Positions 30,915 through 40,426 of a stretch of DNA of 64,000 nt are shown one piece after another (position 1 is the first letter of the stretch; each line of letters starts with the position of its first letter). Origin of the DNA: Nitrososphaeria archaeon (GTDB lineage Archaea; Thermoproteota; Nitrososphaeria; JACIWG01); the NCBI GenBank assembly GCA_050011875.1, contig JBEKIG010000015.1, positions 1 through 64,000 on the forward strand, read 5' to 3'. The notes beneath the pieces were generated by a model. It worked only from the letters and a program-made list of their open reading frames with translations, searched no databases and was not told where the DNA came from. The translations under genes and the position numbers were made by a program.

Positions 30915-31757
30915 TTAATGAATTATTATGTCTTTTAGCTCGTGAAGTAAAGACCTTATCTTTGTACAGTATGAGTTGAAGTCTGGGCGATAGTAATGCA
31001 TAGCGAAAATGCTTGAACTAACTCTACCCTGTAAAAGGTCTATGACTTCAGTAGGTATGCCTTTGTCTCTGAGATATGTAGCGAAAATCTTTCGGCAGTA
31101 GGCCAAGTTCATTTCTTTGTTCTGTCACCTTAGTGTGCTACGTATTTTCTGATATGCTGGACATGCTGACTTTGCGATTTCAACTATGTCTTTGTCTACT
31201 ACTGAGATGTAGGCGTTCTTGCTGTTGCGGAGAAATAAATCTTTAAACTTGTAATGCTGTAAGAGACCGAGTTCACTGTTGTAGTAGCCTTCTGCGTCTA
31301 ATTGTAGCAGCTTTATGGCATGGCAGGATTCGGTTGCTCTGAGGCCTGTTAAAGTATCGAATACAAACGTGTGCCATACATCCTGAGCTGTTGACGGTCT
31401 TATGTCTTTAAGATAGCAGAGCATAGTAGTTAGGTTAATCCTTTCCATAAATGGAACGACTTGGATTTTACTCCACTTTAAATCGTAGCATTGGACTATT
31501 TCCCTCCATTGCCGATAACGCCCTAAGAACTTGGCCAAGTGAGTTAATGATATCATAGCTTTTAATCGCTTTGACTGAGTCAAAGTCAGTAACGCAGTAG
31601 CATCGCCAGTGAGTAGAACATTGCAATACTTCTTAGCTACATAGCGCCAGTATGTGTGGTCTTTCCTGTATGAATTACTGTCGAGATATTGGTCGAAGCT
31701 ATGCCAGTCTATATTGGAGCCAAGGATCGTGGGTTCAAATCCCTCCGGGCCCGCCAC
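30915..31757 (-). pseudogene. Tyrosine recombinase intC (archaeal SSV1-like) with in-frame TGA at 31125-31127
   Basis: TGLRATE, FLRNSKNAYIS, YCRKIFATYL, LLQGR, HYY; the two called ORFs are in frame (LR*QNKEMNL). Confidence 0.88.
31716..31754 (+). repeat. attR core
   Basis: ggagccaaggatcgtgggttcaaatccctccgggcccgc, continuing into a tRNA-like CCA end. Confidence 0.9.
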
Positions 31758-31763
31758 TTTCGT

Positions 31764-32780
31764 CTATTGACAGTTGCAGTTGGATTTTTCAACCTTCAGA
31801 ATATCGTTAAGTATAGAGTAGGCAGTTTGCATAGTACTTGTAAACTGAGCGGAAACAAACACTTCTTGGCATGTCTTGAAAGTGAACTTAACCCCCATGT
31901 TACCATGATTTACTGTAGCTAAAGGATCGTCCATTGGTATAATCTTGGGTGACACATTCATCTGGATCTTGTCGTTATCCTTTCTTATTTCACATATCAA
32001 CTTAGCTTTCTTATTCGATTTTGTAGCCTCCCTTATCATTGGCTCAATTTTCCTTATTCCCTCTACGTTGACGTCTTCTAGATTAAAGTTTTTGTGGTAC
32101 AGGAAATTGGCTAGTATTACTACCTTTCTCGCTGCATCGACGCCGTCGACATCATCGGCGTAGTTTACTTCAGCCCATCCCGCTTTAATGGCGGCGTCGA
32201 GAGCTCCGTTGAAGCTTTTACCTGATTCTATTTCACCTATTATAAAGTTTGTTGTAGCGTTTAATATGCCTTCAACCTTTAAAACTTCGTCGGCTATAAA
32301 ACAAGAGCTTAGAAGACAAAACACCGGAACATGGACGGCGACTGTCGCCTCGTAAAGAAGTTTAACATCTTTATCTTTGGCCTTTTGAACAAGTTCATTA
32401 AAAGCGACTACTAGAGGACCCTTATTTGCTGTAACAACATTCTTTCTAGAAGATAAGGCGGCTTTGATGTGCGAGAGACCTGGTTCACCGGTAGGAGTTG
32501 AAGCAGTCAATTCGACTACAACATCACTTTCGATACCTTTTATGGCATCGAGAGCGGTCGACCCTTTTTCATATTTCTTAAAACCAGCCCATCCTACCTT
32601 CTTGTACTTCAAAACTTCATTTAGATCAAGACCACGTTCATCTACTGCAGAGCCCCCTGAGTCAGAAATCGAAACAAATTGCAAATTAAAACCAAGTGAC
32701 TTCAGATGTTCATCTTCTTTTGCAATCAACTGAATCAGGCTTCTTCCGACATTGCCTAAACCTATAACCTGCACTTTCAT
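31764..32780 (-). CDS. hom: Homoserine dehydrogenase
   Basis: IGLGNVG, VVTANKGP, GILNATTNFI, DVDGVDAARK. Confidence 0.88.
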   Translation of the reverse strand: MKVQVIGLGNVGRSLIQLIAKEDEHLKSLGFNLQFVSISDSGGSAVDERGLDLNEVLKYKKVGWAGFKKYEKGSTALDAIKGIESDVVVELTASTPTGEPGLSHIKAALSSRKNVVTANKGPLVVAFNELVQKAKDKDVKLLYEATVAVHVPVFCLLSSCFIADEVLKVEGILNATTNFIIGEIESGKSFNGALDAAIKAGWAEVNYADDVDGVDAARKVVILANFLYHKNFNLEDVNVEGIRKIEPMIREATKSNKKAKLICEIRKDNDKIQMNVSPKIIPMDDPLATVNHGNMGVKFTFKTCQEVFVSAQFTSTMQTAYSILNDILKVEKSNCNCQ

Positions 32781-32862
32781 GTATTTAGCATCATCATCTC
32801 CAATATTTTAAATTTGATAAAACGAGTTCAGACCCATGTGACATAGGCGTTGAAGAAGGAAT

Positions 32863-32950
32863 TGGTGCAGGGAGTGGGATTTGAACCCACGAACCCCTAC
32901 GGGATGAGGTCCTAAGCCTCACGCCATTGACCAGGCTAGGCGACCCCTGC
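32863..32950 (-). tRNA. tRNA-Leu(UAG), encoded CCA
   Basis: Anticodon arm TGAGG-CTTAGGA-CCTCA, long variable arm, TTCAAAT loop. Confidence 0.94.
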
Positions 32951-33061
32951 TTCCTTTCTTAGTTTTGAAGAATGGTTTTTTTAAACCTATTCCTTACTTA
33001 GCATGGGAAACGTTTACTATCTGTCTCAACCATATATCACTATACGAAAACTCTTTTTATC

Positions 33062-33123
33062 TCAGTTGAGATGCATTTCGTCACAGGGCGTGTCCTACCC
33101 TCAGTGCAGATTAGTCTCATCAC
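33062..33123 (-). ncRNA. C/D box sRNA
   Basis: GTGATGA - 12-nt guide - CTGA - hairpin - GTGACGA - 12-nt guide - CTGA. Confidence 0.8.
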
Positions 33124-33161
33124 GCTCTGCCTTTAGCTTGAGACCACTATTTTTCCTTTTC

Positions 33162-34100
33162 CTATGGGAAACCTACGTTAAGAATCGAAGCCAAAAGTGC
33201 CGCACGCAAAATTTTTCCGTTAAGCATCTGTTTAAAGTATTTTGCATGCGGAGAGCCGTCGACTTCGGGAGATATTTCATCCACTCTAGGTAATGGATGT
33301 AACAGTATTAGATCCTCCTTTGCTTTCTGGAGCATTTTAAGATCTACAAAATAGGAACTTCTTAGGCGTTCGTACTCCGCAAGATCAGGGAAACGTTCTT
33401 TCTGAATTCTAGTTACATAGAGGACGTCAAGGTCGGGCAAGACTTCTTCCACATTCTCGTGTTCAGAGATCTTCATTTTTCTTTCAAGATCGAAGAGTAT
33501 CTCTCTTCTAACCCTCAGAATAGGATGAGATATCAGCTTAACTTCTACATCGAACATAGAGAGGCCGTATAGAAGCGAGTGGACCGTCCTACCATATTTT
33601 AGGTCACCAAACAACCCAATCTTCAAACCGTCAATGGAACCCTTCTCCTTGATTATTGTATAGAGGTCTAGCATAGCCTGAGTTGGATGCTCTTCCGTAC
33701 CACTGCCACCATTAATTACAGGTTTTTTGGCAACTTCAGCAGCGAAACTGGCAGCACCATCCTTAGAATGCCGCATTACTATGACATCAACGTAATTTTC
33801 TACCGTCCTGATCGTGTCAGCGAGGTTTTCACCCTTTTCTACAGAAGAGATTTTGGGTTCTGCAAAGCCTAATGCGCCACCGCCAAGCCATAGCATAGCT
33901 GCTTCAAAACTTAACCTAGTCCGAGTGCTTGGCTCAAAAAAAAGATATCCGAGGATTTTACCGTCAAGAAGATGCATTCTAACATCGTTAGGCATCTTCT
34001 CTATCTGGTCAGCCTTCTTGAAAAGATATAGCAAATCTTTTCTAGAAAAGTCCTTAATCGATATCACGTCTTTGCCTTTAAATGGATTAATTTTAGCCAT
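33162..34100 (-). CDS. pyrB: Aspartate carbamoyltransferase catalytic subunit
   Basis: FFEPSTRTRLSF, HPTQ, GDLKYGRTVHSL, HPLPR; start at ATG 34100 (MAKINPF). Confidence 0.96.
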   Translation of the reverse strand: MAKINPFKGKDVISIKDFSRKDLLYLFKKADQIEKMPNDVRMHLLDGKILGYLFFEPSTRTRLSFEAAMLWLGGGALGFAEPKISSVEKGENLADTIRTVENYVDVIVMRHSKDGAASFAAEVAKKPVINGGSGTEEHPTQAMLDLYTIIKEKGSIDGLKIGLFGDLKYGRTVHSLLYGLSMFDVEVKLISHPILRVRREILFDLERKMKISEHENVEEVLPDLDVLYVTRIQKERFPDLAEYERLRSSYFVDLKMLQKAKEDLILLHPLPRVDEISPEVDGSPHAKYFKQMLNGKILRAALLASILNVGFP

Positions 34101-34167
34101 CTCCAACAAGATACGACAAGTTAAAATAAAAGTATATGGGCTGATTACGAGTACATAAGGGAGCGGA

Positions 34168-34623
34168 ATGTCCGAAAAGGAACTTATCGTGCAGAAGATA
34201 TTAGAGGGGACAGTGATAGACCATATAGAAGCTGGAAAAGCATTACACGTGCTATCTATACTTGGAATCAGTGGTTCTGAGGGAAAAGTCATAACGATAG
34301 CTATTAATGTGCCCAGCAAGAAACTTGGTAAGAAAGATATTATAAAAATCGAGAATATTTATTTGTCGCCAGAGACTACAAACAAAATTTCGCTGGTAAC
34401 TCCTCATGCAACGGTTAATATTATTAAAAATTATAGGGTTGTCGAAAAAAGGGCGCTTGAGTTGCCTGAAGAATTTATTGGAATGTTCAAGTGCCCTAAC
34501 CTAAATTGCATCACAAATTCAGGTGAAAATATTGAAACCAAATTTTATTTGCCTTCAAAGGATCCACCATTACTAAGATGTAAATACTGTGGCAGAATAT
34601 ATTCGCCAAACGAGATGATATAA
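34168..34623 (+). CDS. pyrI: Aspartate carbamoyltransferase regulatory subunit
   Basis: GTVIDHI, KKDIIKIE, CPNLNCIT...CKYC. Confidence 0.95.
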   Translation: MSEKELIVQKILEGTVIDHIEAGKALHVLSILGISGSEGKVITIAINVPSKKLGKKDIIKIENIYLSPETTNKISLVTPHATVNIIKNYRVVEKRALELPEEFIGMFKCPNLNCITNSGENIETKFYLPSKDPPLLRCKYCGRIYSPNEMI

Positions 34624-34680
34624 CAAATTGAAAAAGCTACTAGATGACAAACGTATCGAAAAATAAAAATGTGATGAAAT

Positions 34681-35343
34681 ATGGAGATAAATATTTTAGA
34701 CGTATATAGGTCAAGTAATATTGGAGTGTTCCTTAAATGTAACGAAAAAGCTATTTTGGTACCAAAAGGGTTAGCTCCGACTAAAGAGGATAAACTTTCT
34801 TCATCCGTTAAAGTCCCTTGTGTTCACACGTCGATAGATGGTTTGAGGATCATTGGCCCTCTAACTGCTATGAACAGCAGCGGTATACTTGTATCCCGGT
34901 TTATAGAAGAAGACGAACTCAAGAGTTTAAAGACTGAGACAGGCATGAATGTCGAACGTTTTCCTTCAAACTACAACGCAGTAGGAAACCTAGTCGCTGT
35001 AAACGACTTCGGTGGAGTAGCGTCAAACCTCCTTTCTACGACCCACGTTAAGCTGATCCAAGATGTGCTAGGCGTGCCTGTTGAACGCATGAATATAGCT
35101 GGGTATTTAACAGTAGGATCCCTTATTTTTTGTACAAACGCTGGAACACTAGTACACCCTCTTACCTCGGAGAAGGAAATTCAAGAGATAAAATCGATTC
35201 TCAAAACGGACGTGATCCCTTGCACTATAAATAACGGCGTGCCCTTTGTTTCCTCAGGAATACTTGGAAACTCAAAAGGAATAATTGTTGGAAGCTTAAC
35301 AAATGGGACGGAATTACTGAACCTATCAGCGACATTCAAATAG
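34681..35343 (+). CDS. eif6: Translation initiation / anti-association factor aIF6
   Basis: SSNIGVF, AVGNL, GTLVHP, TINNGVPFVSSG. Confidence 0.9.
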   Translation: MEINILDVYRSSNIGVFLKCNEKAILVPKGLAPTKEDKLSSSVKVPCVHTSIDGLRIIGPLTAMNSSGILVSRFIEEDELKSLKTETGMNVERFPSNYNAVGNLVAVNDFGGVASNLLSTTHVKLIQDVLGVPVERMNIAGYLTVGSLIFCTNAGTLVHPLTSEKEIQEIKSILKTDVIPCTINNGVPFVSSGILGNSKGIIVGSLTNGTELLNLSATFK

Positions 35344-35396
35344 GGATAATTGAAAACACTTTTAACCTACATTTTTGAACTACATTTGCACAGGAT

Positions 35397-35825
35397 ATGA
35401 GTATTAAAGACGAAGACCAAGACCTTCAGACAAAAGTAATGCAGATAAGATATCTTGAAGAATATTTAGAGGATCTGTCAAACAGGGAGAATGTCGCCAT
35501 GTCTACTTTGAATGATGTTCAGAACGCGGAAGACACGATCGAGGAATTAACGAAAGGGAAAAATCTTGAATCGATGGTGTATATAGGTGGAGGAATGTAT
35601 GCACCAAGCACTATGGATGTTACAGAAAAAGTGCTTGTGAATGTAGGCCAAAACATAGTGATAGAGAAAAAACTTGAAAATGCTCAAATATTTTTACAGG
35701 AAAAAAAGAGCGAAATTAAGAATGCTTTAAATGAATTAGGCCAGCAGAAACAACAGGCAGCCTACACACTTCAAAGATTAAGGGAAAACGTAGAAGGCAC
35801 AATAAGGAAAAGACAAAGTGGATAG
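35397..35825 (+). CDS. pfdA: Prefoldin alpha subunit
   Basis: Coiled coils flanking beta hairpins (MVYIGGG, VLVNVG..IVIEK); conserved synteny with ftsY. Confidence 0.88.
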   Translation: MSIKDEDQDLQTKVMQIRYLEEYLEDLSNRENVAMSTLNDVQNAEDTIEELTKGKNLESMVYIGGGMYAPSTMDVTEKVLVNVGQNIVIEKKLENAQIFLQEKKSEIKNALNELGQQKQQAAYTLQRLRENVEGTIRKRQSG

Positions 35826-35828
35826 ACT

Positions 35829-36737
35829 TTGTTCGAGAAGCTAAAGAACACTTTTTCGGCAATAGTTTCAACTCTTTCTACAAAAGAACTTAACGCTAAA
35901 GACCTTGATCCTATACTGAATGAACTAGTATTATCTCTCCTCGAATGCGATGTCGCATACGAAGTAGCAGAAGAAATAGTCAAGAACCTTAAAAGCAAGA
36001 TTGTCGGGAAAAAGGTTCCGTCTTCTGAAGTAAAGAGATTCGTTCAAGATAGCCTAAAACAGTCGATTCTAGAAATTTTTAAAGAAATCCCCAAAATAGA
36101 TTTAGTTAAAAAGGCAGAAGCCATGAAGGAAGGTGGAACCCCATTTGTAATACTTTTCCTAGGCATAAATGGGACAGGTAAGACAACCACACTTTCTAAA
36201 GTCGCTAATCTTTTAAAGAAAAAAGGATTTTCTTTAGTTATAGTCTGTGGGGACACCCACCGAGCCGGTTCAATAGAACAATTGAAGGAACATGCTAGCA
36301 GGTTGGGTGTTAGAACAATAGAACAAAGATACGGTGCTGACCCGGCTGCTGTGTCAAGGGATGGTGTGATATATGCCAAGACACATAAAATAGATGTCGT
36401 GTTGATAGATTCCGCTGGAAGAATACAGACAGATAAAAACCTAATGGAAGAAATCTTGAAGATCGTTAGAGTGGTCAACCCAGATCTAAAGATTTTTGTC
36501 GGGGATTCTTTAGCAGGGAACGACGCTGTCTCTCAAAGCAAAGAGTTTCTCAAATACACAAATTTCGATGGCGTAATTCTAACTAAAACAGATGCAGATA
36601 CTAAAGGGGGAAGTGCGATTTCAATAGTTTATGCCACAAAGAAACCAATTCTTTATATTGGGACAGGGCAGGGCTACGATGATCTCAAAGAATTCGTTCC
36701 TGAAAAGATTGTAGATTTACTTTTTACATCCAGTTAA
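35829..36737 (+). CDS. ftsY: SRP receptor FtsY
   Basis: GINGTGKTT, DTHRAG, DSAGR, TKTD, GTGQGYDDL. Confidence 0.95.
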   Translation: MFEKLKNTFSAIVSTLSTKELNAKDLDPILNELVLSLLECDVAYEVAEEIVKNLKSKIVGKKVPSSEVKRFVQDSLKQSILEIFKEIPKIDLVKKAEAMKEGGTPFVILFLGINGTGKTTTLSKVANLLKKKGFSLVIVCGDTHRAGSIEQLKEHASRLGVRTIEQRYGADPAAVSRDGVIYAKTHKIDVVLIDSAGRIQTDKNLMEEILKIVRVVNPDLKIFVGDSLAGNDAVSQSKEFLKYTNFDGVILTKTDADTKGGSAISIVYATKKPILYIGTGQGYDDLKEFVPEKIVDLLFTSS

Positions 36738-36767
36738 AGGCTTTTAAATTTCTAGAAAGAGGTATAT

Positions 36768-37727
36768 GTGAATAAAATGATTAAAGGTAAATCTCTACTT
36801 TCTCTAATGGAGCTTGACGCTAAAGAAGTTTTTGAAATTATAGAACTTTCAGAAAAGTTGAAGGAAAAGAGAAAAAATGGGGTTTATCCGCCTTTGCTGA
36901 ACAATATAACTTTAGCTTCGATATTCATGAAACCAAGCACAAGGACAAGGATAAGCTTCAATGAGGCAATGTACGAACTTGGAGGACACTGCATCGACCT
37001 GACATCAAATGAGCTCCAGCTGGGAAGGGGAGAAACGATCGAAGATACCGCAAGAGTCCTTTCTCGCTACGTTGAAGTTATTGCAGCGAGAGTCTTCGAA
37101 CATGATGACGTTATGAAATTATCTCAAGCGGCGACGGTTCCGGTAATAAATAGCCTCTCTGACCTCTATCATCCCTGTCAGATATTAGCTGATCTGCAGA
37201 CAATAAAAGAAAAAAAAGGAAGACTGCAGGGTCTAAAATTATCGTACGTAGGCGACGGCAACAATGTCTGTAACACCCTATTCATAGGGGGAGCGCTTGC
37301 AGGGATGAATGTTTACGCTGCATGCCCACCTAACTTCAAGCCATGTAAGGATGCTGTTGAATTCGCTCAAAAAACTGCTGAAAAATCTAAGAATAAGATA
37401 GCGGTATTAGATGACCCTAAGGAGGTGGTAAAGGATGCAGACATCGTTTATACAGACACGTTCGTCTCTATGGGCTCGGAAAAAGAGATGGAAGAAAGAC
37501 TTAAGGTATTTCTACCTAAGTATCAGGTTAACAGAAAGCTTGTCAGGAATGCCAAGGACGATTTTATATTCATGCACTGTCTTCCTGCGCACAGGAACCA
37601 AGAGGTAACGGACGAGGTAATAGACGGTGAAAATTCGGTCGTCCTCGATGAAGCGGAGAATAGGCTTCACGTACAAAAGGCAATAATATGCCTTCTACTC
37701 TTACAAGAAAGTGCAATCAAGTTTTGA
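36768..37727 (+). CDS. argF: Ornithine carbamoyltransferase
   Basis: KPSTRTR, HPCQ, GDGNN, SMG, HCLP. Confidence 0.95.
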   Translation: MNKMIKGKSLLSLMELDAKEVFEIIELSEKLKEKRKNGVYPPLLNNITLASIFMKPSTRTRISFNEAMYELGGHCIDLTSNELQLGRGETIEDTARVLSRYVEVIAARVFEHDDVMKLSQAATVPVINSLSDLYHPCQILADLQTIKEKKGRLQGLKLSYVGDGNNVCNTLFIGGALAGMNVYAACPPNFKPCKDAVEFAQKTAEKSKNKIAVLDDPKEVVKDADIVYTDTFVSMGSEKEMEERLKVFLPKYQVNRKLVRNAKDDFIFMHCLPAHRNQEVTDEVIDGENSVVLDEAENRLHVQKAIICLLLLQESAIKF

Positions 37728-38545
37728 AGATAAACTTCATAGCATCGACCACAGATCCCGCAGGAGTAAATATAGCCCAAAAGGTTTCAGAAGAATTCCA
37801 GCTTGAGGAAACAGGAGAAGAATTTTGTGGAAAAGCAGTTTTAGAAAAAGGAGATTTTAGGCTACTGCAAATTAACGTTGAAAGCATCTTCTTAGATCAA
37901 ATCGCTCTACCTTACGAATCAGATCTTATAATCATGTTGACAAAACATCAGAGCGAAAAAAAAGTGAATTCTTTGACCGTGCATCCTACAGGAAACCTAC
38001 AAAATGAGGCAATACTAGGAGGGAAACCTAAACACGTATCATATACAAATCCATGGTATATGTCAGAATATTATCGCAATCTGACAGAGCTATATCAGAC
38101 ACCAGAAAAGGACAGCATAATGTTATCGATGGAAGTAACACATCATGGTCCCACAGAAAATAATAGACCGCTCTTCTTCGTTGAAATAGGAAGCGACGAA
38201 GAAAGATGGAATAACAAGTTTTTAGGAGAGATGGTCGCAAGAGCTCTATTCAAAACTCTAACAGAAGAGCCTAAGAAAGTTGACGCCTTTGTTGGATTCG
38301 GAGGTGGACATTATGCGACGGCCTTCTCGAACTATTTGAAGAAAGAGCGCATAGCAATAGGTCATATTGTTCCAAAGTACGCCTTACTCGAAAACCTTGA
38401 TGAGCAGCTATTACTTTCGTTATTTGAGAGAAGCTTACTAAATAAACCTAAGGCACTCGTCGACAAAAAGGGACTCTCATCAAAACAGTACAGGAGTCTA
38501 CAAGACTTCTTTGACAGATATTCAATAGAAGCTTTAAAGATATAA
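37724..38545 (+). CDS. dtdA: D-aminoacyl-tRNA deacylase (archaeal DtdA)
   Basis: DPAGVNI, LTVHPTGN, EVTHHGPT, FVEIGS, GFGGGHY; start inferred at TTG 37724. Confidence 0.9.
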   Translation: MKINFIASTTDPAGVNIAQKVSEEFQLEETGEEFCGKAVLEKGDFRLLQINVESIFLDQIALPYESDLIIMLTKHQSEKKVNSLTVHPTGNLQNEAILGGKPKHVSYTNPWYMSEYYRNLTELYQTPEKDSIMLSMEVTHHGPTENNRPLFFVEIGSDEERWNNKFLGEMVARALFKTLTEEPKKVDAFVGFGGGHYATAFSNYLKKERIAIGHIVPKYALLENLDEQLLLSLFERSLLNKPKALVDKKGLSSKQYRSLQDFFDRYSIEALKI

Positions 38546-38583
38546 TAATATGTAAAAGAAGGGTTTTATGAGCTATGATTTAA

Positions 38584-38760
38584 ATGGGCTTAAGAAGCAC
38601 CCTAAAGTCGTATGCCAGCACATTAAGGCTGACCAAGAAGACTACCTATGCAGAGTTTAAACTCTACCTTAAATTGGTTTTATTGGGCATGGGAGTAGTT
38701 GGTGGAATCGGTTTTATAATTAAGGTCATAGCGAGTTTTATCACACTAGGAAAGGTGTAG
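38584..38760 (+). CDS. secE: SecE/Sec61-gamma (missed by the ORF track, 58 aa)
   Basis: MGLRSTLKSYASTLRLTKKTTYAEFKLYLKLVLLGMGVVGGIGFIIK...; lies upstream of spt5. Confidence 0.88.
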   Translation: MGLRSTLKSYASTLRLTKKTTYAEFKLYLKLVLLGMGVVGGIGFIIKVIASFITLGKV

Positions 38761-38769
38761 AGCTGATAT

Positions 38770-39213
38770 ATGCAAAATCAATTTTTTGCTATAAGAACGA
38801 CCGGAGGACAAGAAGAGAATACGGCAAACTTCATCTACAGGAATTCTATTTTAAACAAGATCCAAACCTATAGCATAGTATACCTTACCTCTCAGAAAGG
38901 GTATTTAATAATCGAATCCAAAAGTGGGCAGGATGCTAGAGAAGCTATTTCGGGTATTAAACATGTTAAGGAACTAGTTCCAGGGCTTCTCAAAATAGAA
39001 GATTTTGAGAAACTACTGATAAAGAAGCCTGCTATAACAGAATATACCATTGGAGAAGTTATAGACATCGTTATGGGGCCATTCAAAGGGATGAAAGCTA
39101 AAATCACAAAAATTGACTTATCAAAAATGGAGGTAACCGTTATGCTTTTAGACGCCCCTTACCCACTGTCTTTGACGGTAGATTCAAGCTACTTAAAGTC
39201 TTCAAAAAGATAG
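38770..39213 (+). CDS. spt5: Transcription elongation factor Spt5/NusG
   Basis: FAIRTTGGQE, KGYLIIE, KOW motif GPFKG. Confidence 0.93.
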   Translation: MQNQFFAIRTTGGQEENTANFIYRNSILNKIQTYSIVYLTSQKGYLIIESKSGQDAREAISGIKHVKELVPGLLKIEDFEKLLIKKPAITEYTIGEVIDIVMGPFKGMKAKITKIDLSKMEVTVMLLDAPYPLSLTVDSSYLKSSKR

Positions 39214-39222
39214 GTGAGAGAA

Positions 39223-39729
39223 ATGAGTGAAAAGAAAGTCGTTAATGTGTTGATAACAGGAGGGGAAGCTAATGCAGGCCCTCCATTAGGGCCCGCGCTT
39301 GGCCCTCTGGGCGTAAACGTTGTTGCTATAGTCAAGGAAATCAATGATATTACAAAGGAGTATGCTGGTATGCGGGTACCTGTATTTGTTGAAGTAGATA
39401 CTGAAACTAAAGCTTTCAGCATAAGAGTGGGTATACCAACCCTATCAGCTTTATTGGTGAAGGAAGCGGGAATACCTAAGGGTGCGGGCACGTCAGGAAA
39501 GGACTACGTCGGAAACATTTCATTTGAACAGCTTATCAAAGTTGCTAAAATCTGTATACAGAAATCCTATTCGGCAACAACGAGGTCGGCTGTTTGTGAA
39601 GTTTTAGGATCATGTGTAAGTATGGGCCTAAAAGTTGATGATAAACCACCAAAGCAAGTTTTAGATGAGGTAAAGAAGGGACTCTACGACGAAAAACTGA
39701 AGGAAGAGAACGGGAAAACAAAATCTTAA
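39223..39729 (+). CDS. rpl11: 50S ribosomal protein L11
   Basis: GPPLGPALGPLG, GSCVSMG; GGTGA SD upstream of ATG 39223. Confidence 0.95.
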   Translation: MSEKKVVNVLITGGEANAGPPLGPALGPLGVNVVAIVKEINDITKEYAGMRVPVFVEVDTETKAFSIRVGIPTLSALLVKEAGIPKGAGTSGKDYVGNISFEQLIKVAKICIQKSYSATTRSAVCEVLGSCVSMGLKVDDKPPKQVLDEVKKGLYDEKLKEENGKTKS

Positions 39730-39766
39730 AAAGACGCATTTTTAGATTAGATGTCCGTGAGTTGCA

Positions 39767-40426
39767 TTGCTTACCAAAAATCAAATTATATCATTGGTTA
39801 AGACTGTAAGAAGTAATACGGTTAAACGAAATTTTCTACAGTCTTTTGAAACAGTAATTACACTTAAAGATATCGACTTCAAGAAGCAGAACATAACAAT
39901 AAATGAAGTAGTACAACTTCCTTATTATTCCGGCAACCAAGCCAAGATCTGCTTTATCTGCGGAGGAGATTTAGCGCTTAGAGCAAGAAGAGCTGGAGTA
40001 GATCTTGTCGTAGAACCAGAGCAGTTGGATAGACTTCAAGGTAATAAGAAGGAGGCTAAACGTCTGTCCAAAGAATATGATTTCTTCTTCGCTGATCCAG
40101 CTATGATGGCTAGAATCGGTAAAGCCCTTGGCCAGTATTTGGGCCCAGGTGGCAAGATGCCCACACCGGTGCCCTCTACAGCACCTATAGAGAACCTTAT
40201 AGCAAGATTCAGATCTTCGGTGAGAGCAAGAACTAGAGGCCAGCTTTCTGTAGCATCAAAGGTAGGCGTTGAAGAACTTCCTGATGATCAAGTTGCGGAA
40301 AATATACTTGCAGTCTACAGCGCCATTGAAAAAAAATTGCCACAAGGTGAGAAGAACACTAAGAAGATTTTCGTAAAGCTCACAATGTCTAAACCTCAAA
40401 ACATGTTGGTGGGTGTTAGGGAATGA
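39767..40426 (+). CDS. rpl1: 50S ribosomal protein L1
   Basis: KRNFLQS, LGPGGKMPTP, VKLTMS. Confidence 0.94.
   Translation: MLTKNQIISLVKTVRSNTVKRNFLQSFETVITLKDIDFKKQNITINEVVQLPYYSGNQAKICFICGGDLALRARRAGVDLVVEPEQLDRLQGNKKEAKRLSKEYDFFFADPAMMARIGKALGQYLGPGGKMPTPVPSTAPIENLIARFRSSVRARTRGQLSVASKVGVEELPDDQVAENILAVYSAIEKKLPQGEKNTKKIFVKLTMSKPQNMLVGVRE

Larger units (their letters stand above)
29585..31754. mobile_element. ~2.2-kb integrated element in tRNA-Arg(UCG) with split SSV1-type integrase
   Basis: 39-bp direct repeats (1 mismatch) equal to the tRNA 3' half; the att core lies inside the integrase frame. Confidence 0.9.

Noticed and set aside
34101-34319. N-terminal extension of pyrB in the ORF track
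   Set aside because: Overlaps pyrI antisense; PyrB similarity begins at ATG 34100
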